From Bdellovibrionia bacterium (lineage in GTDB: Bacteria > Bdellovibrionota > UBA1018): a DNA stretch of 64,000 nucleotides. The stretch is from positions 90,079 to 154,078 of the forward strand of contig JBBARP010000008.1 of assembly GCA_040399745.1 (NCBI GenBank), in the 5' to 3' direction. Numbering within the stretch: position 1 is the first letter of the stretch; every line of letters starts with the position of its first letter. A program made the translations under genes and the position numbers. Positions 9,698 to 17,643 of this stretch are shown here, in pieces. A model generated the notes under the pieces. That model was not told where the DNA came from, ran no database searches, and saw only the letters and a program-made list of their open reading frames with translations.

Positions 9698-10981
9698 ATG
9701 GGTATTCTTTCTTCGATGTACACGGGTGTCACGGGTCTGCAAGGTCAGGGCGAAGCCCTCTCCATCTTCGGTGACAACATCGCGAACGCGAACACCACGG
9801 GCTTCAAAGTTTCCCGTCCCGAGTTTCAGGACGTCGTCGCCAAGTCGTTGAAAGGCCTCTTGGGTGGTAACCAGATCGGTCGGGGTACCCGTCTTTCGGG
9901 CGTTAACCCCGTTTTCTCGCAAGGCTCGATCACTCAGACCGAATCGGCCACTGACTTGGCTGTTACGGGCGACGGTTTCTTCTCGTTGAAAGGCCAAGAC
10001 GGGATGAGCTACAGCCGGAACGGAGCTTTCCACTTCGATAAGGACGGAAAGCTCATCAATACCGACGGCCTCCGCGTTCAAGGTTTCCTTGCAGACGACA
10101 AAGGCAAGCCCACCTCGAAGATGGGCGACATCTCGGTGGATCGATCGGTTCTCGATGCCAAGAAGACGGAGAAAGTTTCTCTGTTCATGAATCTGGATCT
10201 GCGTACCGCGAAGGCGATGGAGTTCGACCCGGAGAAGCCGGAAGCCACTTCGAACTTCGCAACCGGCGCAACGGTCTACGACACCGCAGGCACTCCGCAC
10301 GTCGTCACGGTCTTCTTCAATAAGACCGAAGAAGGTGAGTGGTCCTGGCGCGCAATGGCCAAAGGCGAAGAGATCAACGGCGGCAAGGCCGGCACCTTGA
10401 TCGAACAGGCCAAAGGCACTTTGAAATTCGATACCGATGGACGTTTGGCCGAGCAGAAAGTGGACAAGTCCGAGTTCAACTTCAATAAGGGTGCGTTGCC
10501 GAATCAGAAAATCGTTTTCGACTTCGGCTCCGACAAGAAATCGGGCGGAGAAGGCACTTCCGTGACTCAATACGGTTCTGCTTCGGAAGCCTACAAAACC
10601 CTGCAAGACGGCTACACTGCAGGCACCTTGAGCGGCCTTACCTTTGAAGACGACGGCATGTTGTCGGCGATTTTCTCGAATGGTCAGAACGTGAAGCTAG
10701 CTCAAGTGGCTTTGGCAAAGTTCGAGAACCCGGAAGGCCTTTTCAAGATGGGACAAAACCGGTTCCGTGAATCCCGCTTGTCGGGACAGCCGACCACCGG
10801 TAGCCCGGGAACTGGCGGCCGCGGAACGCTGGTGTCGAAGGCTTTGGAAAGCTCTACGACCGACATTGCAAACGAGTTCATCAACCTGATGACTGCTCAG
10901 CGCAACTTCCAGGCAAACGCGAAAGTGATTTCGACTGCCGACGAGATGATGCAAGAAGTGATCAACATCAAGCGCGGCTAA
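9698..10981 (+). CDS. flgE: Flagellar hook protein FlgE
   Basis: GDNIANANTTGFK N-terminus, DLAVTGDGFF, YSRNGAF, LESSTTDIANEF..QRNFQANAK C-terminus. Confidence 0.97.
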   Translation: MGILSSMYTGVTGLQGQGEALSIFGDNIANANTTGFKVSRPEFQDVVAKSLKGLLGGNQIGRGTRLSGVNPVFSQGSITQTESATDLAVTGDGFFSLKGQDGMSYSRNGAFHFDKDGKLINTDGLRVQGFLADDKGKPTSKMGDISVDRSVLDAKKTEKVSLFMNLDLRTAKAMEFDPEKPEATSNFATGATVYDTAGTPHVVTVFFNKTEEGEWSWRAMAKGEEINGGKAGTLIEQAKGTLKFDTDGRLAEQKVDKSEFNFNKGALPNQKIVFDFGSDKKSGGEGTSVTQYGSASEAYKTLQDGYTAGTLSGLTFEDDGMLSAIFSNGQNVKLAQVALAKFENPEGLFKMGQNRFRESRLSGQPTTGSPGTGGRGTLVSKALESSTTDIANEFINLMTAQRNFQANAKVISTADEMMQEVINIKRG

Positions 10982-11020
10982 TAGCCTAGGCTTGATGACT
11001 TGAAGTTCTAATCGCCCTAG

Positions 11021-11056
11021 AGAAAGGGGCCTCGGCAATGCCGGGGCCCCTTTCTT
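11021..11056 (+). terminator. Intrinsic terminator after flgE
   Basis: AGAAAGGGGCCTCGGC-AAT-GCCGGGGCCCCTTTCT hairpin ending in a T-rich run. Confidence 0.8.
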
Positions 11057-11247
11057 CGTCACCGGGTTGACGAGAAAGTGGGTAACTTTTTCCACTTCGT
11101 CAATAAACGGTGAAAATCCTGCCGAGCCGCGCTGAGTCGATGTCTTGGGATGTCCATTTTAGCCGAGTCGAAACTTGCCTCTCGGCCCAATGACAGTGCA
11201 GACTGATAAGGCACCGTTATCCCGATCATGGAGGATCAGGAGAGCTC

Positions 11248-11853
11248 ATGTCTGACGAAGGCGCTGGAACACCTAAGCTCGAGGAAAGTGGCAAAGGCGG
11301 AAACAACAAGTTGGTGATGATCATCATCGCTGCCAACTTGGTGATCACGCTTGGAATGATCGGAGTTCTGGTCATGTCCTTTCAGAAAGATCGCAAAGAA
11401 GCTCAAGCCGTCGATATGGTGGCGAGCGAGGAACACGGCGGTGGTGGCGAGCACGGCGAAGGCGGCGGCGGTGGTGAGCATGGCGGCGGCGGTGAGCACG
11501 GCGGCGGCGATAAATCTTCTGAGAAGAAGGGTTCGAGCAACTACGGAAAGATGATCCAGCTCGAACAGTTCACTGTGAACTTGTCGACTCCCGGAACCGT
11601 CAATCCGAAGTTCGTGCGCGTGAATATCTCGGTCGAAGTTCCCACTTCTGAAACTGAGAATGAAGTTCAGCAAAAAATGCCGCAGGTTCGGAACACTATT
11701 ATTGACCTCTTCAATAGTAAGCGTCCCACCGACCTGGTGACGGCTGAGGGCCGGGATTACCTGAAAGAGGAAATTCGGAACGCACTGAATAGCTTTATGG
11801 TGAGTGGTCGAGTGAAGAGCGTCTTCTTTACTAACTTCGCGGTTTCAAACTGA
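11248..11853 (+). CDS. fliL: Flagellar basal body protein FliL
   Basis: Single TM segment, FTVNL motif, C-terminal VKSVFFTNFAV; precedes fliM. Confidence 0.92.
   Translation: MSDEGAGTPKLEESGKGGNNKLVMIIIAANLVITLGMIGVLVMSFQKDRKEAQAVDMVASEEHGGGGEHGEGGGGGEHGGGGEHGGGDKSSEKKGSSNYGKMIQLEQFTVNLSTPGTVNPKFVRVNISVEVPTSETENEVQQKMPQVRNTIIDLFNSKRPTDLVTAEGRDYLKEEIRNALNSFMVSGRVKSVFFTNFAVSN
11431..11508 (+). repeat. Four EHG(G)n repeats inside fliL
   Basis: Encodes EHGGGG EHGEGGGGG EHGGGG EHGGG. Confidence 0.85.
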
Positions 11854-11875
11854 TCGATCGGACGGAGCAAGGGCG

Positions 11876-12886
11876 ATGAATCAGGTATTAAGTCAGGCAG
11901 AAGTTGATGCGCTGCTCAGTGCCGTCGCGGACGTCAACGATGATCCGCCTGCGGAGGGCGACTCTGGCGCGGGAGGCTGGGGAGCGCCCCAGCCGCAGTC
12001 CGACGCGCCCGAGATTACCACCTATGATCTGACCAACCAGGACCGCGTGATTCGCGGTCGAATGCCAACGCTCGACATTATTTACGAGCGTTTCATCCGT
12101 TTGTTCCGGATCAGTCTTTCGAACTCCCTTCGCAAAATTGCATCGATCACGATCATCTCGACCGACCTTCTGAAGTTCGGTGAATTCGTGAATACTTTGC
12201 CGATTCCTAGCTGCATGTGCATTATGCGCTTTGAGTCTCTGCGCGGGCCCGCCCTTTTGGTTCTAGAAACCAAGTTGGCCTACGCGCTGGTTGATAGTTA
12301 CTTCGGCGGAACCGATCGTCCCTACACGAAGATCGAAGGGAAGGAATTCACCCGCATCGAACTTGCGATCATCAAACGTGTGATGGACATCGCGCTGAAG
12401 GACCTCGAGGAGGCCTGGGCTCCTGTTTATAAAAGCGAAATCACCTACATTCGTACGGAAGTGAACCCGCAGTTCGTTGGCGTGGTTCCGCCGTCGGAAG
12501 TGGTGATTTCGACGACGTTTGAAGTGGAACTCGAGAACGCAAGCGGAACGATCGTTTTGGTCATTCCGTACAGCACCATCGAGCCCATCAAAGGGAAACT
12601 GAACCAGACCTTTCAGGCCGATAATGAGCGCCACGACAAAGAGTGGACGGTTCGGATGGAAGAACTCGTTCGCGCCTCGGAAGCTAACATACGGGTGAAT
12701 CTTGGGAAGGCCAAGATTACGGTGGGTGATCTAGTGAACCTTTCCGTGGGCGACATTATTCCTCTCGAGCAGGACGCTGACGGCGAGTTGGCAGTTTTGA
12801 TCGAGGGAGTTCCGAAATTTAAGTGCTTCTTCGGGGTCTCCCGTGGAAATCGGGCCGTTCAGATCTCGCGAATGATCGAAGAATGA
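11876..12886 (+). CDS. fliM: Flagellar motor switch protein FliM
   Basis: LSQAEVDALL CheY-binding N-terminus, EVNPQF motif, C-terminal SPOA domain. Confidence 0.97.
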   Translation: MNQVLSQAEVDALLSAVADVNDDPPAEGDSGAGGWGAPQPQSDAPEITTYDLTNQDRVIRGRMPTLDIIYERFIRLFRISLSNSLRKIASITIISTDLLKFGEFVNTLPIPSCMCIMRFESLRGPALLVLETKLAYALVDSYFGGTDRPYTKIEGKEFTRIELAIIKRVMDIALKDLEEAWAPVYKSEITYIRTEVNPQFVGVVPPSEVVISTTFEVELENASGTIVLVIPYSTIEPIKGKLNQTFQADNERHDKEWTVRMEELVRASEANIRVNLGKAKITVGDLVNLSVGDIIPLEQDADGELAVLIEGVPKFKCFFGVSRGNRAVQISRMIEE

Positions 12887-12907
12887 GAAAGTCAAAGAGG
12901 GGGAATC

Positions 12908-13240
12908 ATGAGTGATGCAATGATGATGGGTGATGTCTCGTCAGGGGCAGTTGGGGGTGCGCAGGGGGTAAGTGCCGGGCTGCATTCCTTAGATTTCATC
13001 CTGGATATTCCGTTGACCGTCACGGTCGAGCTGGGTCGTGCGCGGATGGCAATTCGCGAGCTTTTGCAGCTTTCCCAAGGTTCGGTTGTCGAGTTGTCTA
13101 AATTTGCGGGCGAGCCGCTCGAAGTGATGGTGAACGATAAGCTGGTTGCACGCGGCGAAGTGGTCGTGGTGAACGAGAAGTTCGGGATTCGTTTGACCGA
13201 CATTATTTCTCCGATCGAGCGGATCGAACAACTGAAGTGA
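12908..13240 (+). CDS. fliN: Flagellar motor switch protein FliN
   Basis: LDIPLTVTVELG..GEVVVVNEKFGIR SPOA domain. Confidence 0.97.
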   Translation: MSDAMMMGDVSSGAVGGAQGVSAGLHSLDFILDIPLTVTVELGRARMAIRELLQLSQGSVVELSKFAGEPLEVMVNDKLVARGEVVVVNEKFGIRLTDIISPIERIEQLK

Positions 13241-13248
13241 AACCCAGC

Positions 13249-13279
13249 GGGAGCGACATGATGTCACTCCCTTCTTATT
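13249..13279 (+). terminator. Putative intrinsic terminator between fliN and fliO
   Basis: GGGAG-C-GACA-TGA-TGTC-A-CTCCC followed by TTCTTATT. Confidence 0.55.
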
Positions 13280-13291
13280 GACAGGTGCAGG

Positions 13292-14653
13292 ATGCTCCTC
13301 AGTAATAGAAAACTCTTTAGACCCTTTGCTACGGTAATGGCCGCGGGCATTCTCGTGGCCCTGACTTCTCCATCTGCCTGGGCTGTGACGGCATTGAAGA
13401 AAGTTCAGGTCGGCGACGGTCAGCAGCTGTTCCTCATGTTCGACAGCAAGATTACGCAGGGGCAAATTAAGACTGAGTTCTTTAACGACACCGTTCAGCT
13501 TTCCTTGAATGATGTCTCGGTTTACCCAGCCAAGATTTTCTCGGTCGGTGGACCGGATCTGACGAAAGTCTTCGCTTATCAGTATGCGCCGAAGCTGGTG
13601 CGATGCCGCCTGACCCTGAAAGGGGATGCCGAGACCTATAAGGATCGCGTCAGCGTTCATGTCGACGGGAAGATGCTCACCGTTCGCATCGGTGGTGGCG
13701 CGTCGACTCAGGACTCTGTTAGTTTAAGCGCCGCTCAGTCGATTCGTGAGAAACCCACTCCGAAGAAAGCAGAAGCACAAGCGAGCTGGGGTAGCCCAGT
13801 GGCAGAAGAGCCGAAGCTGAACGCGGACGAGAAGCTGCTTTTAGATAAAGTTCTTCGTGATCCCGAGAAGGTTGAAAAAGCTGAGAAGGGCGAGAAGAAC
13901 GAGAAGTCCGAGAAATCGGAAAAATCTGAGCGCACGAGACGTGCCGATAAGTCGGATCGATCTGAGAAGAATGGATCTTCCTCGTTGGGCGGTCGACGTG
14001 AAGGTCCGAGCTTCATGCGACCGATCCTGGTCCTAGGCGGGATTTTCGCACTGATGGGTGCGGTCCTCTTCTTGGTGATGCGGTTTCGGAATACGCGCCG
14101 AAGCGGCTCGCCTTCCGCGGGAGCGACCGGTAAAATTTCCGGTGTCCTTGGGAAATTGATGGATCAGACTCTGGGTACCCGCCGGGAAAAGCTGATCGAC
14201 GTAGTTGCGACTCATAACTTGGGTCCAAAGAAGTCGATCACGATCGTTCGGATCTCGGGAAGAATGCTGGTCTTGGGTGTTTCGGGTGAGTCGATCAATC
14301 TCATCGCTCAGTTGCCGGATCGGACGGATGCTCCTTCGAATAGTGAAGTCGAGCGGATTTTGAATGCCGAAATGGAAGCTGAGGCACGTCGAGCGGAAGG
14401 GCATTTGACTGAGCCGCTTGAAGCTGAGGCATTGGAACAGTTTCTCGATTCCGGAAAATCGCTGGGATATGCGGCGGCCACCCACGTCTCCGCTTCTGGA
14501 GCGGTTTCGGCACGGCGTAACGCATTTCAGGACACGCTGAGCGCCAAGATCCAGCCTGGCGCTGGAAATGCCGCTGCGGCCAATTCAATTCCGGCACGCG
14601 AGTCGGTTCGGGACCGGATCAAAAACCGAGTGCAAGGGATGAAGCAACTGTGA
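13292..14653 (+). CDS. fliO: Flagellar biosynthesis protein FliO, long form with N-terminal exported domain (start may be a downstream ATG near 13338)
   Basis: Signal peptide, TM segment, then IDVVATHNLGPKKSITIVRISGRMLVLGVS FliO domain; between fliN and fliP. Confidence 0.82.
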   Translation: MLLSNRKLFRPFATVMAAGILVALTSPSAWAVTALKKVQVGDGQQLFLMFDSKITQGQIKTEFFNDTVQLSLNDVSVYPAKIFSVGGPDLTKVFAYQYAPKLVRCRLTLKGDAETYKDRVSVHVDGKMLTVRIGGGASTQDSVSLSAAQSIREKPTPKKAEAQASWGSPVAEEPKLNADEKLLLDKVLRDPEKVEKAEKGEKNEKSEKSEKSERTRRADKSDRSEKNGSSSLGGRREGPSFMRPILVLGGIFALMGAVLFLVMRFRNTRRSGSPSAGATGKISGVLGKLMDQTLGTRREKLIDVVATHNLGPKKSITIVRISGRMLVLGVSGESINLIAQLPDRTDAPSNSEVERILNAEMEAEARRAEGHLTEPLEAEALEQFLDSGKSLGYAAATHVSASGAVSARRNAFQDTLSAKIQPGAGNAAAANSIPARESVRDRIKNRVQGMKQL

Positions 14654-15471
14654 GAAACGACTTCGTCGCTCAGAGCCGGTCGAGACGAACTTGGGCGAAG
14701 TGGGCCCTCTTGGGTGCCGTTTTCTTTCTGCTTCCAGTGGTCGTGATGGCGGAGGGTGGTTCGCGGGGAGCTTACGCCCCAGGAACTTCGGGCCTGACTC
14801 TCCCGAGCCTGAGTCTTTCTTTTGCGCAGAGCCAGAAGCCGCAAGAATTAGTCGGAGTCCTTCGCATCGTCTTGATGCTGACGGTTCTGACTTTGGCCCC
14901 AGCTATCTTGATCATGATGACTTCCTTCACTCGGATTGTCGTCGTACTGAGTTTCCTTCGCCAGGCGTTGGGCACTCAGCAGATGCCACCCAACCAATTG
15001 ATCGTGGGGCTCTCGCTTTTCCTATCCATGTTCGTCATGGCGCCGACTTGGAAGAACATCTCGAGCCAGGCGATTGAGCCGTATTTAGCCGAAAAAATTG
15101 ATCAAAAGACTGCTTTTGATCGGGGCGAGGCGCCGCTTCGCGAGTTCATGTTCAGTCAGACCCGTGAAAAGGATCTGGAGCTTTTCCTATCCATGTCCAA
15201 GGAAGCCAAACCGCAGAACCGGGAAGAAGTGCCCACTTATGTTTTGGTTCCGGCTTTCGTGATTTCTGAATTGAAGACGGCATTCCAAATCGGCTTCATG
15301 CTTTACCTGCCGTTTCTGGTTCTCGACATCGTCGTTGCGAGCGTTTTGATGGCGATGGGCATGATGATGGTTCCGCCGATCGCGATTTCGCTTCCGTTCA
15401 AATTATTGCTCTTTGTGCTGGTGGATGGCTGGGAGCTCGTGGTGGGCAGCCTGGTCAAGAGTTTTGGGTGA
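14650..15471 (+). CDS. fliP: Flagellar export protein FliP
   Basis: MMTSFTRIVVVLSFLRQALG, PAFVISELKTAF, LFVLVDGW motifs. Confidence 0.97.
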   Translation: MRNDFVAQSRSRRTWAKWALLGAVFFLLPVVVMAEGGSRGAYAPGTSGLTLPSLSLSFAQSQKPQELVGVLRIVLMLTVLTLAPAILIMMTSFTRIVVVLSFLRQALGTQQMPPNQLIVGLSLFLSMFVMAPTWKNISSQAIEPYLAEKIDQKTAFDRGEAPLREFMFSQTREKDLELFLSMSKEAKPQNREEVPTYVLVPAFVISELKTAFQIGFMLYLPFLVLDIVVASVLMAMGMMMVPPIAISLPFKLLLFVLVDGWELVVGSLVKSFG

Positions 15472-15479
15472 GGTGAGCC

Positions 15480-15749
15480 ATGACTGAAGACGTCGCAATC
15501 GGAATTGGATCAGAAGCCATCAAGACCGTGATTCTCTTGGCAGGGCCAATGCTCGTCGCCGCTTTGGCGATCGGTTTGGTGGTGTCGGTCCTTCAAGCCA
15601 TCACGCAGATCAACGAATCCACCTTGACCTTCATCCCGAAGATGGTGGCCGTCGTAGTGATTTTGATGGTGATGGGACCTTGGATGCTTGAGGTCCTGAG
15701 CGAGTACACCGTTCATGTGCTGGAGTCGGCAGGGGAGCTGGGGCGATAA
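15480..15749 (+). CDS. fliQ: Flagellar export protein FliQ
   Basis: QAITQINESTLTFIPK motif, 89 aa. Confidence 0.97.
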   Translation: MTEDVAIGIGSEAIKTVILLAGPMLVAALAIGLVVSVLQAITQINESTLTFIPKMVAVVVILMVMGPWMLEVLSEYTVHVLESAGELGR

Positions 15750-15752
15750 GCG

Positions 15753-16562
15753 ATGCCGAACTTCGGATTTTCTCCCGAAGAGCTGCTGGTCTTCTTCGCC
15801 GTGCTGGTGCGGTACTCCACTTTGGTGGCGGTATTGCCGGTTACGGGTGACCGAACGATCCCGACCCCTGTGAAGGTTCTTTTCAGCTTGGCTGTCACGA
15901 TCGCGCTCTTTCCAGCACTTCTTCGGAACGGTGAAGTTCGAATTTCAGAAGCCAACACTTGGGGCAGGACGACCGGTGGAATTGTCAGTACCGTGGTGGT
16001 CGAAGCGATGTTCGGCCTGATCCTTGGGTACGTCGCCAAGCTTTGTTTTGACGCCATCAATATCGGCGCCAACATGGCGGGCAACTTCATGGGATTTGCC
16101 ATGGCGTCGCAATACGACCCGCACCAGGAAACTCAGAGCCAGGTGATTGCCGAGATCCAAATGGCTTTTGCGATGCTCATCTTCCTCGCTCTCGACGGGC
16201 ACCACTTCATGTTGAAGTCGGCCTTCACGAGCTATCAGATTGTGGGGATCGGCCGCGCTGGAATCACTGAGGCGTTCTCTCGTCATCTGACCGAACTCAC
16301 GTCTCAGGTCTTTGGTTTTGGGCTTCAGCTTGCCGCACCTGTGGCTCTGAGCGTTTTTTTTGTGAACGTGGGCTTCGGGATTATTGGTAAGGCGCTGCCT
16401 CAGCTGAACATCTTCGTTCTCGCGATGGGTGTGACGGCACTTGTCGGTTTGGGAGTCACTTGGCTGGCTTATCCTGAGCTAGCCACAGCAATGACCTCAG
16501 TCATGGAGCGCATGACCGACTGGATGCGCCTCGTGTCGGAAAGCCTGGTGAAGAGTGGCTGA
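15753..16562 (+). CDS. fliR: Flagellar export protein FliR
   Basis: Multi-TM, FLALDGHH and KALPQLNIF motifs. Confidence 0.95.
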   Translation: MPNFGFSPEELLVFFAVLVRYSTLVAVLPVTGDRTIPTPVKVLFSLAVTIALFPALLRNGEVRISEANTWGRTTGGIVSTVVVEAMFGLILGYVAKLCFDAINIGANMAGNFMGFAMASQYDPHQETQSQVIAEIQMAFAMLIFLALDGHHFMLKSAFTSYQIVGIGRAGITEAFSRHLTELTSQVFGFGLQLAAPVALSVFFVNVGFGIIGKALPQLNIFVLAMGVTALVGLGVTWLAYPELATAMTSVMERMTDWMRLVSESLVKSG

Positions 16563-17643
16563 GGGTCAGGAAGATCGGAGTACAGAAGACTTAGGCGAAG
16601 AAGCCTCCCCGTTCCGATTGGAAGAACTCCGGGAAAAGGGTCAGGTTTCCCAGTCAAAAGAAGTCACCGGACTTCTAGCATTCATGGCTGCCGCGGCGGT
16701 TTGCTGGAGTTTGTCTCCGCAAATGGGAACTTCGCTCGCGGAGTTGATGCGCGACGTTTTTCGAACTGACGTCATGAACAAGATGGATCTGAGTCAAAGT
16801 GGCGTCTTGTCAGGGGTACTCGGAAGATGCCTGACGACGATGGGGAAGATCATCCTTCCCGTGGCGGCGACAGGTTTTATAGTGGGTGCTCTGGGGAGTT
16901 TTGCTCAAGTTGGATCCATTTTTTCGTTTGATCCGATCACCCCCGACTTCGCAAAGATCAACCCCTTGTCAGGTCTGGGTCGACTGTTCTCGATGAAGCA
17001 CGTGATGGACAGCCTGTCCGTCATTCTGAAGTCGGTCGTTCTGATCACCATGGTTGTGATGTCGGTCAAAAGTCACCTTTTTCAAGCACCTGGTGCTCTC
17101 TCGGTCGAACCCGCAGGCCAGATCTCGATCATGGGTCAGGCGATCAAGTCGATCGTCCTTCCTGTGGTCGTCGTCCTGGCCATCTTCGCAGGAATTGACT
17201 ACTTCTTGAATCGTCGCGAGTACATGAAGCAAGTCCGCTTGACGAAGCAGGAAGCGAAGCAAGAAGCAAAAGAACGCGACGGTGATCCGCAGATCAAAGC
17301 GCGTATTCGGAGTATCGCGCGGGATCGCTCCCGTCGGCGGATGATGGATGCCGTGAAGAAAGCGGATGTGATCATCACCAACCCGACTCACATCGCTATT
17401 GCGATCCGTTACGACCGGGAAAACATGGCGGCTCCGAAAGTGGTGGCCAAAGGAGCCGATTTCCTCGCGCAGAAGATCAAGCAGTTGGCCGCCGATGCAG
17501 GTGTTCCCATGGTTGAGAACGTGCCGCTGGCGCGGACACTTTATAAGACGGTGAAAGTCGGGCAGGGCATTCCCCGCGCCTTGTATCAAGCCGTCGCAGA
17601 AGTCTTGGCTTACGTCTACCGCCTGAAAGGGAGGGGATTCTAA
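16555..17643 (+). CDS. flhB: Flagellar export switch protein FlhB
   Basis: NPTH autocleavage motif, PKVVAKG, ENVPLAR. Confidence 0.97.
   Translation: MAEGQEDRSTEDLGEEASPFRLEELREKGQVSQSKEVTGLLAFMAAAAVCWSLSPQMGTSLAELMRDVFRTDVMNKMDLSQSGVLSGVLGRCLTTMGKIILPVAATGFIVGALGSFAQVGSIFSFDPITPDFAKINPLSGLGRLFSMKHVMDSLSVILKSVVLITMVVMSVKSHLFQAPGALSVEPAGQISIMGQAIKSIVLPVVVVLAIFAGIDYFLNRREYMKQVRLTKQEAKQEAKERDGDPQIKARIRSIARDRSRRRMMDAVKKADVIITNPTHIAIAIRYDRENMAAPKVVAKGADFLAQKIKQLAADAGVPMVENVPLARTLYKTVKVGQGIPRALYQAVAEVLAYVYRLKGRGF

Noticed and set aside
11101-11130. Sigma28-like TAAA...GCCGAG upstream of fliL
   Set aside because: Spacing is 13 rather than 15 nt and the -10 match is incomplete
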